Below, piece by piece: positions 1 through 10,579 of a DNA stretch of 64,000 nucleotides. Location: the NCBI GenBank assembly GCA_963849325.1, contig CAWKHF010000005.1, positions 800,001 to 864,000 of the forward strand, read 5' to 3'. Made by a program: the position numbers and the translations under genes. Origin of the DNA: an uncultured Planctomycetota bacterium (GTDB taxonomy: Bacteria > Planctomycetota > Planctomycetia > Gemmatales > Gemmataceae). Each line of letters starts with the position of its first letter. The stretch's first letter is position 1. The notes beneath the pieces were generated by a model, which was given only the letters and a program-made list of their open reading frames with translations, had not been told where the DNA came from and did no database searches.

Positions 1-98
1 CGTCGTCGGCGTCGTCGTGCCGCGGCCGCGCTTGCTGCCAGTGCCCGAACCCATCGTTTAACCGCCACCCTTTCCCCTGCCACGGGAGACCCCTTCGT

Positions 99-989
99 TT
101 GATCGAACCCGCAGCCAGTCCGGCGTTCGCACGGCGGACCTACACGACAGGCGACGGCTACCGCTGCCATTACCGCGACTACCCCACGGCGGGGACGCCG
201 CGCGGCCAGGTCGTGTTCGTCCACGGCATCCAGAGCCACGCCGGCTGGTACGAGCATTCCTGTCGGCGACTCAGCGCGGCCGGCTTCGCCGTGTCGTTTC
301 TCGACCGTCGCGGCTCGGGCGAGAACGCCGAGGCGCGCGGCGACACACCGAGCTTCCGCCGCTTGCTCGACGACATAGCCGAGTTCCTGCGACCATTGCG
401 GCGAGACCAGACATTGCCGATTTTCCTCGCCGGCATCTCCTGGGGCGGCAAACCCGTCGTCGCCTTGCAGCGCCGCCATCCGGGCCTGGTGGATGGACTC
501 GCCCTGCTCTGTCCCGGCTTCCGCCCTCAAGTGGGACCGAAACGCAAGGAACGCCTCGCCATTCTGTGGTCACGTCTGACGGCGCCGCGCCGCTTGTTTC
601 CGGTGCCGCTCAGCGATCCGCAGCTATTCACCGCCACGCCGCGCTGGCAGCAGTTCATCCGCGAGGACCCTCTTTCACTTCGCCAGGCCACGGCCCGCTT
701 CTTCGTCGAGAGTGTTCGCCTCGACCTCTACCTGCGCTTCGCCGTCGCGCGTGTCAACGTGCCGGTCCTGCTCCTGCTCGCCGAGCACGATCGCATCATC
801 GACAACGCCCGCACCCGCGCCTTCGTCGAAGGCATACCCGCGGCGGACAAGGAAGTGCATGAGTACGCCGGCGCCCACCACACTCTGGAGTTCGAGGCCG
901 ACCCCGAACCCTTCCTCGCCGACCTTCTTGCCTGGCTCGACCGTCAGGTGCTTCAACATACAACAGGGATTGCTAAGGTTTCGACGTGA
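99..989 (+). CDS. Alpha/beta hydrolase (lysophospholipase-like)
   Basis: VHGIQSH oxyanion motif, DRRGSG, GISWGG nucleophile elbow, C-terminal D and H (HHTL). Confidence 0.85.
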   Translation: MIEPAASPAFARRTYTTGDGYRCHYRDYPTAGTPRGQVVFVHGIQSHAGWYEHSCRRLSAAGFAVSFLDRRGSGENAEARGDTPSFRRLLDDIAEFLRPLRRDQTLPIFLAGISWGGKPVVALQRRHPGLVDGLALLCPGFRPQVGPKRKERLAILWSRLTAPRRLFPVPLSDPQLFTATPRWQQFIREDPLSLRQATARFFVESVRLDLYLRFAVARVNVPVLLLLAEHDRIIDNARTRAFVEGIPAADKEVHEYAGAHHTLEFEADPEPFLADLLAWLDRQVLQHTTGIAKVST

Positions 990-990
990 T

Positions 991-1067
991 TTCCCTACTA
1001 GCCCGGAGTACCGCCAGCGACGGGTGCGACGAACTTGTCGCTGTGCTTCATCCGGGCTAGTAGGGAA
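991..1067. repeat. Intergenic palindromic REP-like element
   Basis: 17-bp perfect arms TTCCCTACTAGCCCGGA / TCCGGGCTAGTAGGGAA with further internal pairing. Confidence 0.75.
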
Positions 1068-1092
1068 GCAGTTCCTCAACAGGGAATGGGCC

Positions 1093-2595
1093 GTGGATGC
1101 AGTGGTGATCGGAGCGGGACCGAATGGCCTGACAGCGGCGGCGACGCTGGCGCGGCACGGTTGGGACGTGCTCGTGCTGGAGGCGCAGGCGCGGCCGGGC
1201 GGGGCAGTGTATTCCGAGGAACTGACGCTGCCGGGCCACTTGCACGATGTCGGCGCCGCCTTCTTCCCCTTCGCCGAGGAAAGTCCGGCGTTCCGCGCTC
1301 TCGACCTGCGCGGCGCCGGCCTGGAGTGGCTCAACGCCCGCCGCGAGAGCTGTCATCCCGCGCCGGACGGCAGCGCGGCGACCATCTCCCGCGATGTCGA
1401 AGCAACCGTGCGCTCGTTCGGCGCCGACGGGCCGGCCTGGCGACGCCTGGCCGAGTGGCGGCGCGGCATGGGCGATCGCTTGACCGCGGCGCTGTTGGCG
1501 CCTTTGCCCGGCATCGGCCCGGCCTGGCGGCTGGGGGTTGCCCATCTGCTGCGGCTGGCGCGCGTCGGTCTGCTCAGCACGGGCGGCTTCGCTCGTCTGC
1601 ATTTCCAAACGGAGGCGGCCCGGCGCGTCGTGCCGGGACTGGCCCTGCACGCCGATCTCGGGCCGGACGACTTCGGCGGCGCCGGCATGGGCCTGGTGCT
1701 GGCGCTGATGGCGGCCGGCACCGGCTTTCCCGTGCCGCGCGGCGGAGCGCGGTCCATTACCGAAGCGCTGCTTCGCCGTCTGCACGAGTCCGGCGGCAAG
1801 CTCCGGCTGGCCACGCGCATCGTGCGCATCCTCACGCGCCGGCGCCGCGTCGTGGCCGTGCGCACCGAGCAGGGCGAGGAGATCGCCGTACGGCGGGCCG
1901 TGCTCGCCGACGTCGGCGCGCCGGCCCTGTTTCTGAAGATGCTCGGCGAGCGCGAAACAACGTGGTGGCTGCGGACGCGGATGCGACACTTCCATTACGC
2001 CTGGGGCACATTCAAGATGGACTGGGCCTTGTCCGGCCCCGTGCCCTGGCTCGCCGACGAGGCGCGCGAGTCGGCCGTCGTCCACGCCGGCGATAGTCTC
2101 GCCGACCTCGACGCCTTCACGCGGCAGGTACGGGCCGGCCAACTGCCGGACCACCCGTATCTCGTCATCGGTCAGCAATCCCTGGCCGACCCCGGCCGCG
2201 CACCGCCCGGCGGGCATACCTTGTGGGCCTACTCGCACGTCCCGTCGATCGTGGAGGACGGCTGGGGCCGGCATCGAGAGTCGTTCGCCGACCGCATCGA
2301 ACGTCGATTGGAGGAGTTGGCTCCGGGATTTCGCGCCCTGGTCCGCGGTCGATTCCTCGCGTCGCCGGCCGACCTGGAGGCGATGGATGAGAACCTGGTC
2401 GGCGGCGACCTCGGCGGCGGCAGCGCGCGCTTCAGCCAGCAGTTGATCTTTCGGCCGGCCTTCCCGTATTTCCGCTATCGCACGCCGATCCAGGGACTGT
2501 ACCTGGCGTCGGCCTCGACGCATCCCGGCGCCGGCGTCCACGGCGCCTGCGGCTTCAACGCCGCCCACGCCGCCCTTGCGGACGGCAAACCGTAA
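1093..2595 (+). CDS. Phytoene dehydrogenase-like NAD(P)/FAD-dependent oxidoreductase
   Basis: GTG start at 1093; IGAGPNGL Rossmann motif, LEAQARPGG, C-terminal GLYLASASTHPGAGVHG. Confidence 0.85.
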   Translation: MDAVVIGAGPNGLTAAATLARHGWDVLVLEAQARPGGAVYSEELTLPGHLHDVGAAFFPFAEESPAFRALDLRGAGLEWLNARRESCHPAPDGSAATISRDVEATVRSFGADGPAWRRLAEWRRGMGDRLTAALLAPLPGIGPAWRLGVAHLLRLARVGLLSTGGFARLHFQTEAARRVVPGLALHADLGPDDFGGAGMGLVLALMAAGTGFPVPRGGARSITEALLRRLHESGGKLRLATRIVRILTRRRRVVAVRTEQGEEIAVRRAVLADVGAPALFLKMLGERETTWWLRTRMRHFHYAWGTFKMDWALSGPVPWLADEARESAVVHAGDSLADLDAFTRQVRAGQLPDHPYLVIGQQSLADPGRAPPGGHTLWAYSHVPSIVEDGWGRHRESFADRIERRLEELAPGFRALVRGRFLASPADLEAMDENLVGGDLGGGSARFSQQLIFRPAFPYFRYRTPIQGLYLASASTHPGAGVHGACGFNAAHAALADGKP

Positions 2596-2597
2596 CC

Positions 2598-2662
2598 GTT
2601 TAGCCGCGACGCGCAGCGGAGCGCGGGACAGATCCGCGCTCCGCTGCGCGTCGCGGCTAAAC
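2598..2662. repeat. REP-like palindrome, family A copy 1
   Basis: GTTTAGCCGCGACGCGCAGCGGAGCGCGG-loop-CCGCGCTCCGCTGCGCGTCGCGGCTAAAC between convergent genes; recurs at 3838 and 5719. Confidence 0.9.
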
Positions 2663-2679
2663 AAAAGTTATTTTCCTCT

Positions 2680-3117
2680 TTACGAGCTGACCGCGCCAAG
2701 GTCGCCAAGGATGGCGGCGGCGCGGTTGGAGTCGGCCACGGTATCGAACGAAGCGTAGCCGACGAACTTGTTGCCGAGGACGGACATCATCAAGCCCTGC
2801 ATGCTCAACCCGGCCAGCGCCCACTGCTGCGTCAGGCGATGAGCCAGGCCGGCCTGATTGTCGCCCTCGACGCGCAGCACCACCGGGTTGTCGGTTTCGC
2901 TCAGGCCGGCCGAACGTGCCGCGCGCACCTGCATCGCTCCCGTGATGGGAGCGACGTAGATCACGCCCTTGCCCGGTTGGTCCGGCTGCCGCCGCGTGTA
3001 GATGTATTCGAGGTTGGCGCCAGCCTGGGCCAGCAGCGCCAGCTTGGCCGACACGCCGCCCGCCTGATCCATCACCTCGCCCGACCAGACATGCGCTCGA
3101 TCCAGTTTGAAACCCAT
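2680..3117 (-). CDS. ACT-domain (amino acid-binding) protein
   Basis: Two ACT-like repeats (DQAGGVSAKLALLAQAGANLE; GDNQAGLAHRLT..ALAGLSM). Confidence 0.75.
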   Translation of the reverse strand: MGFKLDRAHVWSGEVMDQAGGVSAKLALLAQAGANLEYIYTRRQPDQPGKGVIYVAPITGAMQVRAARSAGLSETDNPVVLRVEGDNQAGLAHRLTQQWALAGLSMQGLMMSVLGNKFVGYASFDTVADSNRAAAILGDLGAVSS

Positions 3118-3390
3118 GATAGCCACCTCGTCAGGGAAAAACTCGCTTCAACGGACGATTATATCCGCCCTCCGCCCGACAGCGAACGAGAATCCTTCTC
3201 CTTCCTTGCTTGACCGGAGGGTGGGGTCAAGTATAATCGCTGCGGATTTCCCGAAATCTCGGCGGACGTGCGGCGAACTACTCTCCGAGCACCCTCTGCC
3301 CCCATCGTGGGCGGCAGTTTCGGCAGAAACGCCATCGAGGATGGGCACCCGACACCTCGCCCAGCCTCCCTTTGCACAAGGAGTCGGCTC

Positions 3391-3819
3391 ATGTCTTTGG
3401 ACGAAGTGAAGAAACGGTTCGTGGAGGAGGTCAAGCTGCGGGCCTACGATGACAAGTACATCGACAAGAACGAAGAGCGCGAGATCCTGCAAATCGCCCT
3501 GCAGCAAGGCGTCAGCGTCGATTCGGCCCGCGCCGCCCTGGCCCAGGTCTGTGAAGGCAACGGCTACGTCCTCGAAACCCGCGTTCTCAGCGAGATCAAG
3601 GACCTGATCGACACCTTCGCCAGCAACGACGGCAAGATCGACGAGAAGGAGTTCAACGACGCCGTGGCGCAGTGCAAGAAGCGGACCCAGGGCAAGAAGA
3701 ACGAGGTCCAGTGCAAGCGCATGGTGGTGGAGGTCATCGAGGAGAACAGCTTCAAAATCAAGACGGGCATGTTCAGCAACTGGTACAATCGGGTGAGGAA
3801 AGACGTGGGCATGGCCTGA
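3391..3819 (+). CDS. Hypothetical protein
   Basis: AAGGAG RBS before ATG 3391; host-like codon usage. Confidence 0.75.
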   Translation: MSLDEVKKRFVEEVKLRAYDDKYIDKNEEREILQIALQQGVSVDSARAALAQVCEGNGYVLETRVLSEIKDLIDTFASNDGKIDEKEFNDAVAQCKKRTQGKKNEVQCKRMVVEVIEENSFKIKTGMFSNWYNRVRKDVGMA

Positions 3820-3837
3820 AACAAAACGCCGTCCTCC

Positions 3838-3903
3838 GTTTAGCCGCGACGCGCAGCGGAGCGCGGGAGTATTCCCGCGCTCCGCTGCGCGTCGCGGCTA
3901 AAC
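3838..3903. repeat. REP-like palindrome, family A copy 2
   Basis: Same arms as 2598-2662 with a different loop. Confidence 0.9.
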
Positions 3904-3928
3904 AGGGATGGAATCGGAGGAGACAAGT

Positions 3929-5713
3929 ATGTTGTTTCGTCGCTATGGACATTGGACCCTGTTGGCCGTGTTCGGCCTGGCCGTCGCGGCGCTGCCGGCC
4001 CGTGCCGAAGAAAAGACCGTGAGCCTGGCTCACATCAAATTGTCCGGCTCGCTCGACGAGTCGCCGCCGTCGGCCGATCCGCTCTTCGGGGCCGGCAGCG
4101 AGAACTTCAAGGCCAAGCTCGATCGCATCAAGAAGGCCCGCAAAGATCCCGCCATCGGCGGCCTGTATTTGCAGATCGACAGCGTCGGCATGGGCTGGGC
4201 CAAGCTCGACGAGATGAGCCGAGCCATCGCCGACTTCCGCAAGTCGGGCAAGAAAGCGTTCGCCTACCTCGAAGCGGGCAGCACCAAGGACTACCTGCTC
4301 GCCCTGGCCTGCGACGAGGTGTGCGTGCCCGAGTCCGGCTGGATCCTGTTGACCGGCCTGCGTGCCGAGGTGTCCTTCTTCAAGGACCTGTTCGAGAAGA
4401 TCGGCGTCAAGGCGGACATGCTGCAAATGGGCGATTTCAAGGCCGCCGCCGAGCCGTTCATGCGCAGCAGCATGAGCAAGCCGGCCCGCGAGCAGCTCAC
4501 CCGCGTCCTCGACGATTACTACGATCACAACATCGTCGCGCGCATCGTCCGTTCGCGGTCGGCCCAGAAGTTCACGGCGGAACAGGTCAAGAAGCTCATC
4601 GACGAAGGGCCGTACACCGCTCGCGGCGCGCTCAAGGCCGGACTCATCGACCGCGTCGGCTACCGCGAAGATTTCCGCGCCGGCATGAAAAAACACCTCC
4701 AGGCCGACTCCCTCAAGATCGTCAAGGACTACGCCAAGAAGAAGAGCGAGGACATCGACTTTTCCAACCCCTTCGCCCTGCTCAAGCTGCTGGCGCCGCC
4801 GAAGTTGACCTCCTCGAAGGGCCCCAAGATCGCGGTGATTTACGCCGTCGGCGTCATCACCACGGGCAAGAGCGAGGAGGGGTTGTTCGGCGCCGAGACG
4901 GTCGGCTCGACGACCCTGGTCCAGGCCATCCGCCAGGCGGAGCACGATGACACGGTCAAGGCGATCGTGCTGCGCGTGGACAGTCCCGGCGGCTCGGCGC
5001 TGGCCAGCGACCTCATCTGGAACGAGCTGCGGCACTCGAAGAAGCCGGTGATTGCCAGCATGTCCGACGTGGCCGCCAGCGGTGGTTACTACATCAGCAT
5101 GGCCGCCAAGAAAATCTACGCCGACCCCGGCACGCTGACCGGCTCCATCGGCGTCGTCAGCGGCAAACTGGCCGTGGGCGGCACCTTCAACAAGATCGGC
5201 ATCAAGACCGAGGTCATCAGCCGCGGTGCCAACTCCGGCATCTTCTCGGCGGAGAAGCCGTTCACCGATTCTGAACGGAAAGCGCTGACGGCGATGATGA
5301 AGGACATCTACGACCAGTTCCTCGACAAAGCCCTGGAGGGCCGCAAGAAGGCCGGCAAAAAGATGACGCGCGACGAGCTGGTCAACTTGGCCGGCGGCCG
5401 CATCTGGACCGGCCGGCAGGCCAAGGAGAACGGCCTCATCGACGAGCTGGGCAGCCTCGACGACGCCATCGCCGCCGCTCGCGGCATGACCGACCTGCCC
5501 GCCGGCAAGGAGCCGGAGCTGCTCATCCTGCCGAAATCGAAGGGCTTCCTCGATACGCTGCTGGAGGAGAAGCTCGGTAGCCGGGTGCCCGCCATGCAGC
5601 TGCTGCGCGACGTGCCCGAGCTGCGGCGTCAACTGCGCTCGCTGGACGCCATGCTGCAACTGCGCGGCCAGCCGGTGTGGATGACGCTGCCGTATCGCAT
5701 CGACATCGAGTAG
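3929..5713 (+). CDS. sppA: Signal peptide peptidase SppA (protease IV, S49, long form)
   Basis: GGAGG RBS; LRVDSPGGSA, SMSDVAASGGYYI, GSIGV, GRIWTGRQA motifs; two S49 halves. Confidence 0.92.
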   Translation: MLFRRYGHWTLLAVFGLAVAALPARAEEKTVSLAHIKLSGSLDESPPSADPLFGAGSENFKAKLDRIKKARKDPAIGGLYLQIDSVGMGWAKLDEMSRAIADFRKSGKKAFAYLEAGSTKDYLLALACDEVCVPESGWILLTGLRAEVSFFKDLFEKIGVKADMLQMGDFKAAAEPFMRSSMSKPAREQLTRVLDDYYDHNIVARIVRSRSAQKFTAEQVKKLIDEGPYTARGALKAGLIDRVGYREDFRAGMKKHLQADSLKIVKDYAKKKSEDIDFSNPFALLKLLAPPKLTSSKGPKIAVIYAVGVITTGKSEEGLFGAETVGSTTLVQAIRQAEHDDTVKAIVLRVDSPGGSALASDLIWNELRHSKKPVIASMSDVAASGGYYISMAAKKIYADPGTLTGSIGVVSGKLAVGGTFNKIGIKTEVISRGANSGIFSAEKPFTDSERKALTAMMKDIYDQFLDKALEGRKKAGKKMTRDELVNLAGGRIWTGRQAKENGLIDELGSLDDAIAAARGMTDLPAGKEPELLILPKSKGFLDTLLEEKLGSRVPAMQLLRDVPELRRQLRSLDAMLQLRGQPVWMTLPYRIDIE

Positions 5714-5718
5714 GTTTT

Positions 5719-5787
5719 CGTTTCGCCGCAACGCGCAGCGGAGCGCGGGGGAGCATCCCGCTCTCCGCTGCGCGTCGCGGCGAAACG
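5719..5787. repeat. REP-like palindrome, family A copy 3 (diverged)
   Basis: CGTTTCGCCGCAACGCGCAGCGGAG...CTCCGCTGCGCGTCGCGGCGAAACG; compensatory change at the base of the stem. Confidence 0.85.
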
Positions 5788-5799
5788 CGGAGTGTGCCG

Positions 5800-6144
5800 A
5801 TGGCGCGCTGCGAGCAGGGTTATCTGTGCGAGGTGTGCGGAAAGGACGTCGGCGAAATCACCGAGTCCGACCTGTACCTGCGCTACGTGCTCGGCGAAGT
5901 GCCGCCCGAACAACTGCACCTGCTGCCCGAACGACACCTCCGCTGCAATCCGGCGCTGGCCCAGTACATCGTCGATGACGCCTTCGAGCCGGTCCATTGC
6001 GACGGCGTCTTCGCCAAGGAGCAGATGGACCGCGATTTCGTCGCCGTCGAGGAGGCCCGCGTCACGCGCGGTTGGCGACGCCTGCAAGAGCTGCCCCGCC
6101 TCGGCATTCCCATCATTGACTATCCGTTACCACCGTCATCCTGA
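5800..6144 (+). CDS. Hypothetical protein with CxxC motif
   Basis: MARCEQGYLCEVCG...HLRCNP; host-like codon usage. Confidence 0.75.
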   Translation: MARCEQGYLCEVCGKDVGEITESDLYLRYVLGEVPPEQLHLLPERHLRCNPALAQYIVDDAFEPVHCDGVFAKEQMDRDFVAVEEARVTRGWRRLQELPRLGIPIIDYPLPPSS

Positions 6145-6564
6145 CGGCAAGCGTTCGTATTGATTGCCGAAGTGCGCCAGCGCCTCATCGGGATTGAGGT
6201 TGAACACCGTCTTGCCGAGGGTGTGCCAGCGGCCGCGATGGAAGAAGAACACGGCCGAGGCGTTGCGCAGGTTGCCGACGGCCGGAAGCCCCTCCATGTC
6301 GCCGCCTTCGACGGCCTCGAACTGGATGGTGACGCCGGCCAGGGCAACGAGCCGGCCGCTGGCGCGTTCGCGGGCGAACTCAAGACTCGACTCCCAATCG
6401 ATCGCCTTCCAGCGCAGGCCGCGCGGCTTGCCGCTGGCGGAGGCGGCCTGAAAGAACTGCAATTCCAGGTGCTCGCGCTGCTGTTGGAACAAGCGGCGTG
6501 CCTGCTCCAGGCTCGGCCTACCTCGGCCAAACCATCGCCACCACGTCAGCCAGGACCATGCCAT
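6136..6564 (-). CDS. Hypothetical protein
   Basis: GGAGGG RBS, MAWSWLTWW start, SGKPRGLRW motif. Confidence 0.75.
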   Translation of the reverse strand: MAWSWLTWWRWFGRGRPSLEQARRLFQQQREHLELQFFQAASASGKPRGLRWKAIDWESSLEFARERASGRLVALAGVTIQFEAVEGGDMEGLPAVGNLRNASAVFFFHRGRWHTLGKTVFNLNPDEALAHFGNQYERLPSG

Positions 6565-6713
6565 CGCCGTCCTCCCTCCGAGCGTTCCCGCATCGATCCG
6601 CACGGATGTTGTATGACAGCGGAAGGTTCTCCACGAGAATGCTCTCCGCCAACCTTTCCCGCCCTCACGGCAACGTGGTACAATCCCTCCATCTCCGGAA
6701 TGGAAGGACGCAC

Positions 6714-7042
6714 ATGAAACTGCCTGACTTTCTGACGGAATGGCCCTTTGGCGAGATCGTGCTGACCGGCCATCGCATCAGCCTGTACGATGTCATGTAT
6801 TTTTTCAATGACGGCGATACGGCGGAGATGTTGCACGAGCGGTTCCCGACGTTACCGCTCGATCTAATCGAGCAGGTGTTGGCGTTCGCCCGAGAGAACC
6901 AAGCCGAAGTGGATGCTTACATGACGCGCTATCGAGAGGATCTCGATCGTCAGTATGCGGAGCACGTGGCGTCGGGCGCGTGCTCGACTGGGACGCATTA
7001 CGCAAGCGGTTTGAGGCCATGAAGCAAGCGGAGAGACGATGA
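6714..7042 (+). CDS. DUF433-family antitoxin (one apparent indel near 6975)
   Basis: GEIVLTGHRISLYDV...FPTLPLDLIEQVLAF is DUF433-like; the shifted frame ends at TGA 7040-7042, just before the toxin gene. Confidence 0.75.
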
Positions 7043-7045
7043 TTC

Positions 7046-7414
7046 ATGCCGCTGGCCTACGTCCTCGATGAACACCTGCGCGGGATCTTGTTCCAGGCGA
7101 TTCAGCAACACAATGCCGCCAGCGTCTTTCCGATTGACGCGGTGCAGGTCGGCGATCCTCTGGATTTGCCCTTAGGTTCCGCCGATCCGTTCATCCTGCT
7201 ATGGGCCGAGCGTGAAGGGCGGGTAGTCGTCTCTTATGACAAAGGGACCATGCCCGGGCACTTGGCCATCCATCTGCAAGGCGGCCATCATTCGCCGGGA
7301 GTTTTTCTGGTGCGCCGCTCCGCCACGGTTCCGCGGATCGTCGATTATCTCGCCATCGCCGCTCATGCAGCCGATCCGGCAGCGCAGCGGGATCGGTACG
7401 AATATATCCCCTAA
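7046..7414 (+). CDS. DUF5615 PIN-like toxin
   Basis: YVLDEHL...GSADPFILLWAEREGRVVVSYD...HSPGV PIN-like signature; directly downstream of DUF433. Confidence 0.8.
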   Translation: MPLAYVLDEHLRGILFQAIQQHNAASVFPIDAVQVGDPLDLPLGSADPFILLWAEREGRVVVSYDKGTMPGHLAIHLQGGHHSPGVFLVRRSATVPRIVDYLAIAAHAADPAAQRDRYEYIP

Positions 7415-7429
7415 ATCAGGGACGGTTTC

Positions 7430-9446
7430 ATGTCCATCGCTTCCATCCTCGGCCCCGACGGCGTCATCGCCCGCCAGCTGCCCCAGTACGAGCCGCGCAC
7501 CGCAGCAATTGCACATGGCCGACGCCGTCGCCGAGGCCATCGCCGACCGACGCCATCTCATGGTCGAGGCCGGCACAGGCGTCGGCAAGTGCTTTGCTTA
7601 CCTCGTGCCCGCCATCCTGGCGGCGACGGCGAACAAGGAGTGCCGCGTCGTCATCTCGACGCATACCATCAGCCTGCAAGAACAGCTCGTCCACAAGGAC
7701 ATCCCGTTTCTGCAAGGCGTCATGCCGCAGCCGTTCAACGCCGTGCTGGTCAAGGGCCGCTCGAACTATCTCAGCCTGCGGCGGCTGCGCGGGCGCAGCA
7801 GCGCGTCGGTTCGCTGCTGGTCGAGCCGGCCGCCGTGGAACAGTTGCAGCAGATCGGCCGCTGGTCGCGGACGACGCAGCGACGGCAGCCGCAGCGACCT
7901 GTCGTTTCAGCCGCAGCCGGCCGTCTGGGATCTCGTCGAGAGCGACAGCGGCAACTGCCTGGGCCGCGGCTGTCCCGATTACGCCAAGTGCTTCTACTTC
8001 AAGGCGCGCAAGCGGATCTTCGGCGCCAGCTGCTGATCGTCAACCACGCCCTGTTCTTCAGCGACCTCGCCCTGCGCCGCCAGGGAGCGAACCTGCTGCC
8101 CGACTACAAGGTCGTCATCTTCGACGAGGCGCACACGCTGGAGGACGTGGCCGCCGATCACCTCGGCTTGCAGATCAGCCGCGGCGCCGTCGAGTACCTG
8201 CTCAACAAGCTGTTCAGCCCACGCAGCCGCCGCGGCCTGCTCGCCTTCATTCCCTCCGAGGACGCGGCGGCACAGACGGAGATCGTCCGCCAGGCAGCCG
8301 AGCGTTTCTTCGCCGCCATCCGCGTCTGGGCCGCCAGCAGCCGAGCCGCGACCGTGAGGGAGCGGTCTTGCCCGCTCCCTCACGGTCGCGGCTCGGATTC
8401 CTTCCGCGTTCGCCAGCCGAACATCGTGCCGGACGTTCTCTCCGAGGAGCTGCAAAAACTCGGCTCCTGTCTCGACACCGTGGCCGAGAACCTCGACGAC
8501 GAGCAGCAGATCGAGTTCCTCGCCGTGGCCGACCGCGCCCGCCAGCTCGCCGAGGGCATCCAGCACTGGCTGGCCCAGGCGCTGGAGGGACAGGTCTACT
8601 GGATCGACATCACGTCCGGCCGCAACGAGCGCGTCGATCTGGTCAGCGCCCCCATCGATGTCGGCCCCGTCCTGCGCGAGCAGCTCTACGACAAGATCCC
8701 GACGGTGGTCATGACCAGCGCCACGCTCAGCGCCGGCGGCACGATCCGGCTTCCGCCACTTCCAGGGCCGGCTCGGCCTGGACGATTGCGCGACGTTGCA
8801 ACTGGGCAGCCCGTTCAACTACCGCGAGCAGGTCGAGTTGCACCTGTTCCGCGCCATGCCCGATCCGTCGGCGCTGCCGTCGGCCTACGAGGAGGCGGTG
8901 CTGGCGAAGGTGCCGGAGTACATCGACAAGACGCGTGGCCGGGCCTTCGTGCTGTTCACCAGCTATCAGATGATGCAGAAGGCGACGACGCAGCTTCGGC
9001 CGTGGTGCGCCCGCCAGGGTTATCCGCTGTTCAGCCAGAGCGACGGCCTGCCGCGCACGCAGATGATCGAGCGCTTTCGCGCGGCGGGCAACGCCGTGCT
9101 GTTCGGCGTCGATAGCTTCTGGCAGGGCGTGGACGTGCCGGGCGAGGCGCTGTCCAACGTCATCATCACCAAGCTGCCGTTCGCCGTGCCGGATCGGCCG
9201 GTGCTGGCGGCCCGCCAGGAGGCAATCGAGGCGGCCGGCGGCCAGCCGTTCTTCGACTACCAGGTGCCGCAAGCGGTCATCAAGCTGAAGCAGGGGTTCG
9301 GCCGGCTGATCCGTACCTGCACCGATACGGGCCTGGTCGTCATCCTCGATCCGCGAGTATTGACCAAGGGCTATGGCAAGAACTTTCTGGCGGCGCTGCC
9401 GGACTGTCGCCGCTTTGTGGATGGGGTGCCGGCACCGCCGGAGTAG
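7430..9446 (+). CDS. dinG: ATP-dependent DNA helicase DinG/YoaA family (several apparent indels)
   Basis: EAGTGVGK Walker A, VKGRSNYL, IVNHALF, IFDEAH, TSATL, LFTSY, FWQGVDVPG, KQGFGRLIR spread over about 6 frame segments. Confidence 0.9.
8341..8396. repeat. REP-like palindrome, family B, inside the dinG coding region
   Basis: 25-bp perfect arms CCGAGCCGCGACCGTGAGGGAGCGG / CCGCTCCCTCACGGTCGCGGCTCGG with a 6-nt loop; the dinG frame stays open across it. Confidence 0.9.
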
Positions 9447-10579
9447 GCGGAATCAAATCGGTGCGGCGCGAGCGGCGGATGGTTGCGAGGGTCGTCGGTT
9501 GCGGGACGGCTGGGTCGAGGAAACGGATCAACGGTGGATCCCGGCGTTCCAGGCAAACGGTTCGGCCGATCCGGCACGCCCACAGGCCGGCCGGCGACGT
9601 CAACGCCAGCTCATAGGGGACGCCAAGCTCCGCCTCCGCGACGCCGTGGCGTGGGCAACGCGGCTCGCCGGCCTGGTCCGGCGGCACGAACTCGAAGTAG
9701 ACGCCGTGATCGAACAACAGCCGCGGCAGACCGTGGCGCGGGTCTTCGACGGCGATCGGTCCCTCGGCGCGGCCGGCCATCTCTAGAAGCAGGACGCCTT
9801 CCGCCTCGCGGCGCAGCCGTTCCATCGATGTGGCCGGCGAACGACGAGTGTAGAGGATCGCCGTCAAGCTGGGCCAGAACGTCGGTTAGACAGCATTTGC
9901 CGCGGACCTGCTTGACGTTTTCCAGCAAGGGCAGCAGGCGCTCGGCAGGCCCGGCGAGACAGGTCACCGGCTGGTGGGCGCAGCGCTCCGCCCTCGTGTC
10001 CGCGTCCGTCGGCGCGTAGGGACGTACCAGAGCCGGAAGTCTCTCGGTCACGCTGCCGCGCTCCTCCGTCAGGCCCGAGGGGCCGTCATCGCCCACGATG
10101 AGGAATTGGCCCGACAGAAGCCGCGCCTGCGGCCGAGCGTGAACCACCAGAGCGAGGGCGGTGCGCAGGGCGTGCCGGTGAGCGGTCTGGAGAGCGGCGG
10201 ATGCGGCCGTGGGATGGAAGGATGCTCCGGTGTCGGCCTGGCCGTTGCGGGCCGAGCCGGGCCAGGTCGCCCCGGCCAAGTTCGGGAAGACCGGCTGTCC
10301 GTAGTGCCGCCACAGGTCGGCGCGTGTACCCAGGGGCACGAGGCGGCGGAAGTCGTCGGCCGTGCGGATGCGGCGGAAATCGTGATCGCGTCCGAAGCGC
10401 GTCGTCTGCGCCTCATGGAGCAGACCGAGCAGGATGCGGACCTGGCAGCCCGCCGCGTCTTGACGATCGAACCGGGCCAGGTGGCGACGGCCGGCGGCGC
10501 GAAACAACGTCTCCGCCGTCCGCCGGCCCAGCGAACTCTCCGTCAACCATCCTTGTACGGCTTTCCAGCTCACGCTCAA
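9340..10579 (-). CDS. GH3 auxin-responsive-promoter family-like protein (degenerate or frameshifted)
   Basis: AQTTRFGRDHDFRRI..DDFRRLVPL N-terminus; GVYFEFVP and GVPYELALTSPAGLW in the second frame. Confidence 0.7.

Noticed and set aside
1057-5731. Long opposite-strand ORFs (1057-2664, 3773-5731 and similar ones elsewhere)
   Set aside because: Typical high-GC shadow ORFs over well-supported genes, with no recognisable motifs.
2598-5787. Three near-identical repeats as a CRISPR array
   Set aside because: They are ~65-bp palindromes separated by whole genes, with no spacer periodicity and no cas genes.
7430-9446. Programmed frameshifting in dinG and other split genes
   Set aside because: There are too many shifts, without consistent slippery sites, so sequencing error is simpler. 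Only the IS3 A7G site is accepted.
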